Positions 63,554-64,000 of a DNA stretch of 64,000 bases are shown here, piece by piece. The stretch's first letter is position 1. Each line of letters opens with the position of its first letter. The notes beneath the pieces are model-generated. The model made no database searches, was not told where the DNA came from, and worked only from the letters and a program-made list of their open reading frames with translations. A program made the translations under genes and the position numbers. Origin of the DNA: a virus; the IMG/VR virus record IMGVR_UViG_3300023210_000015, positions 32,001 to 96,000 of that record; one strand, 5' to 3'.

Positions 63554-64000
63554 ATGAACTGGTATAAGTACGCCAATACGGAACGTAAAATCTTTAGAAA
63601 TCCTGATAAAGCAACTTTTCAAGCTCTCTTGGCAGAATATAATGGTGGGATGAGAGGAGCATTGATGTTTACTGGTGATCTATATGTAGGAAATGGGGAT
63701 TACCATAGTCATGCAGATTTGCTAAAAGGACTTAAAGGTATCAAAGGAAATGAGTTTTTTCGATTAAATATTGCTAGTATAAGTGAATTAAATGTTGAAA
63801 TATGGTTAGATTATCATGAAATATTTGAAGACGAAGATGACCCTGATAGCAAAATAATTCTACCAGATTCATATGCAGTAGATGTGGCAAATAAAATCAA
63901 GGGAGCTAATGCTATAAAAAGAGCTTTTGGTACTCCTCCGCAAGTTAAAGTTATCGTTTACGATTACGATGCGTTTATACATATAGAAGAAACGATATGA
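63554..64000 (+). CDS. Hypothetical protein with MNWYKYA leader
   Basis: Late-type promoter motif TAAAGGA..CGAAAATAAT immediately upstream. Confidence 0.7.
   Translation: MNWYKYANTERKIFRNPDKATFQALLAEYNGGMRGALMFTGDLYVGNGDYHSHADLLKGLKGIKGNEFFRLNIASISELNVEIWLDYHEIFEDEDDPDSKIILPDSYAVDVANKIKGANAIKRAFGTPPQVKVIVYDYDAFIHIEETI

Noticed and set aside
1-64000. Alternative genetic code or stop-codon reassignment
   Set aside because: Conserved genes are full length in the standard code, and TAA, TAG and TGA all serve as stops.

Overview
AT-rich, gene-dense segment of a large tailed (HK97-fold) bacteriophage. Almost all genes are on the + strand and read in the standard code; I saw no tRNA or CRISPR array. 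Left part: a partial pncB (missed by the ORF track), a FliA/sigma28-like sigma factor, macrodomain, HNH, AAA+ ATPase, intein-containing class II RNR and dUTPase. Centre: a head-morphogenesis region with TerL, about 17 probable head/cargo genes, an intein-containing portal with a C-terminal DUF559-like nuclease domain, a giant protease-scaffold with an Ala-initiated intein, a decoration protein and the major capsid protein (MCP). Right part: virion-modification genes and accessory/counter-defence genes. Several genes hint weakly at a Planctomycetota/PVC-type host. The most striking observations are: (1) five consecutive small ORFs (52798-54199) that each align by eye to pieces of this phage's own MCP, plus a stand-alone, apparently dead terminase-ATPase-like protein, suggesting a set of decoys or mimics of the phage's own structural proteins; (2) a peptide code shared by many unrelated proteins (MNWY.. 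and FNL.. leaders, K-x-A|Q/S sites) that may route cargo into the capsid and mark maturation cleavage; (3) a probable -1 frameshift, a nested scaffold gene, two recurring promoter motifs and a roughly 400-nt structured RNA. All family assignments and alignments were made by eye from motifs, not by database search.
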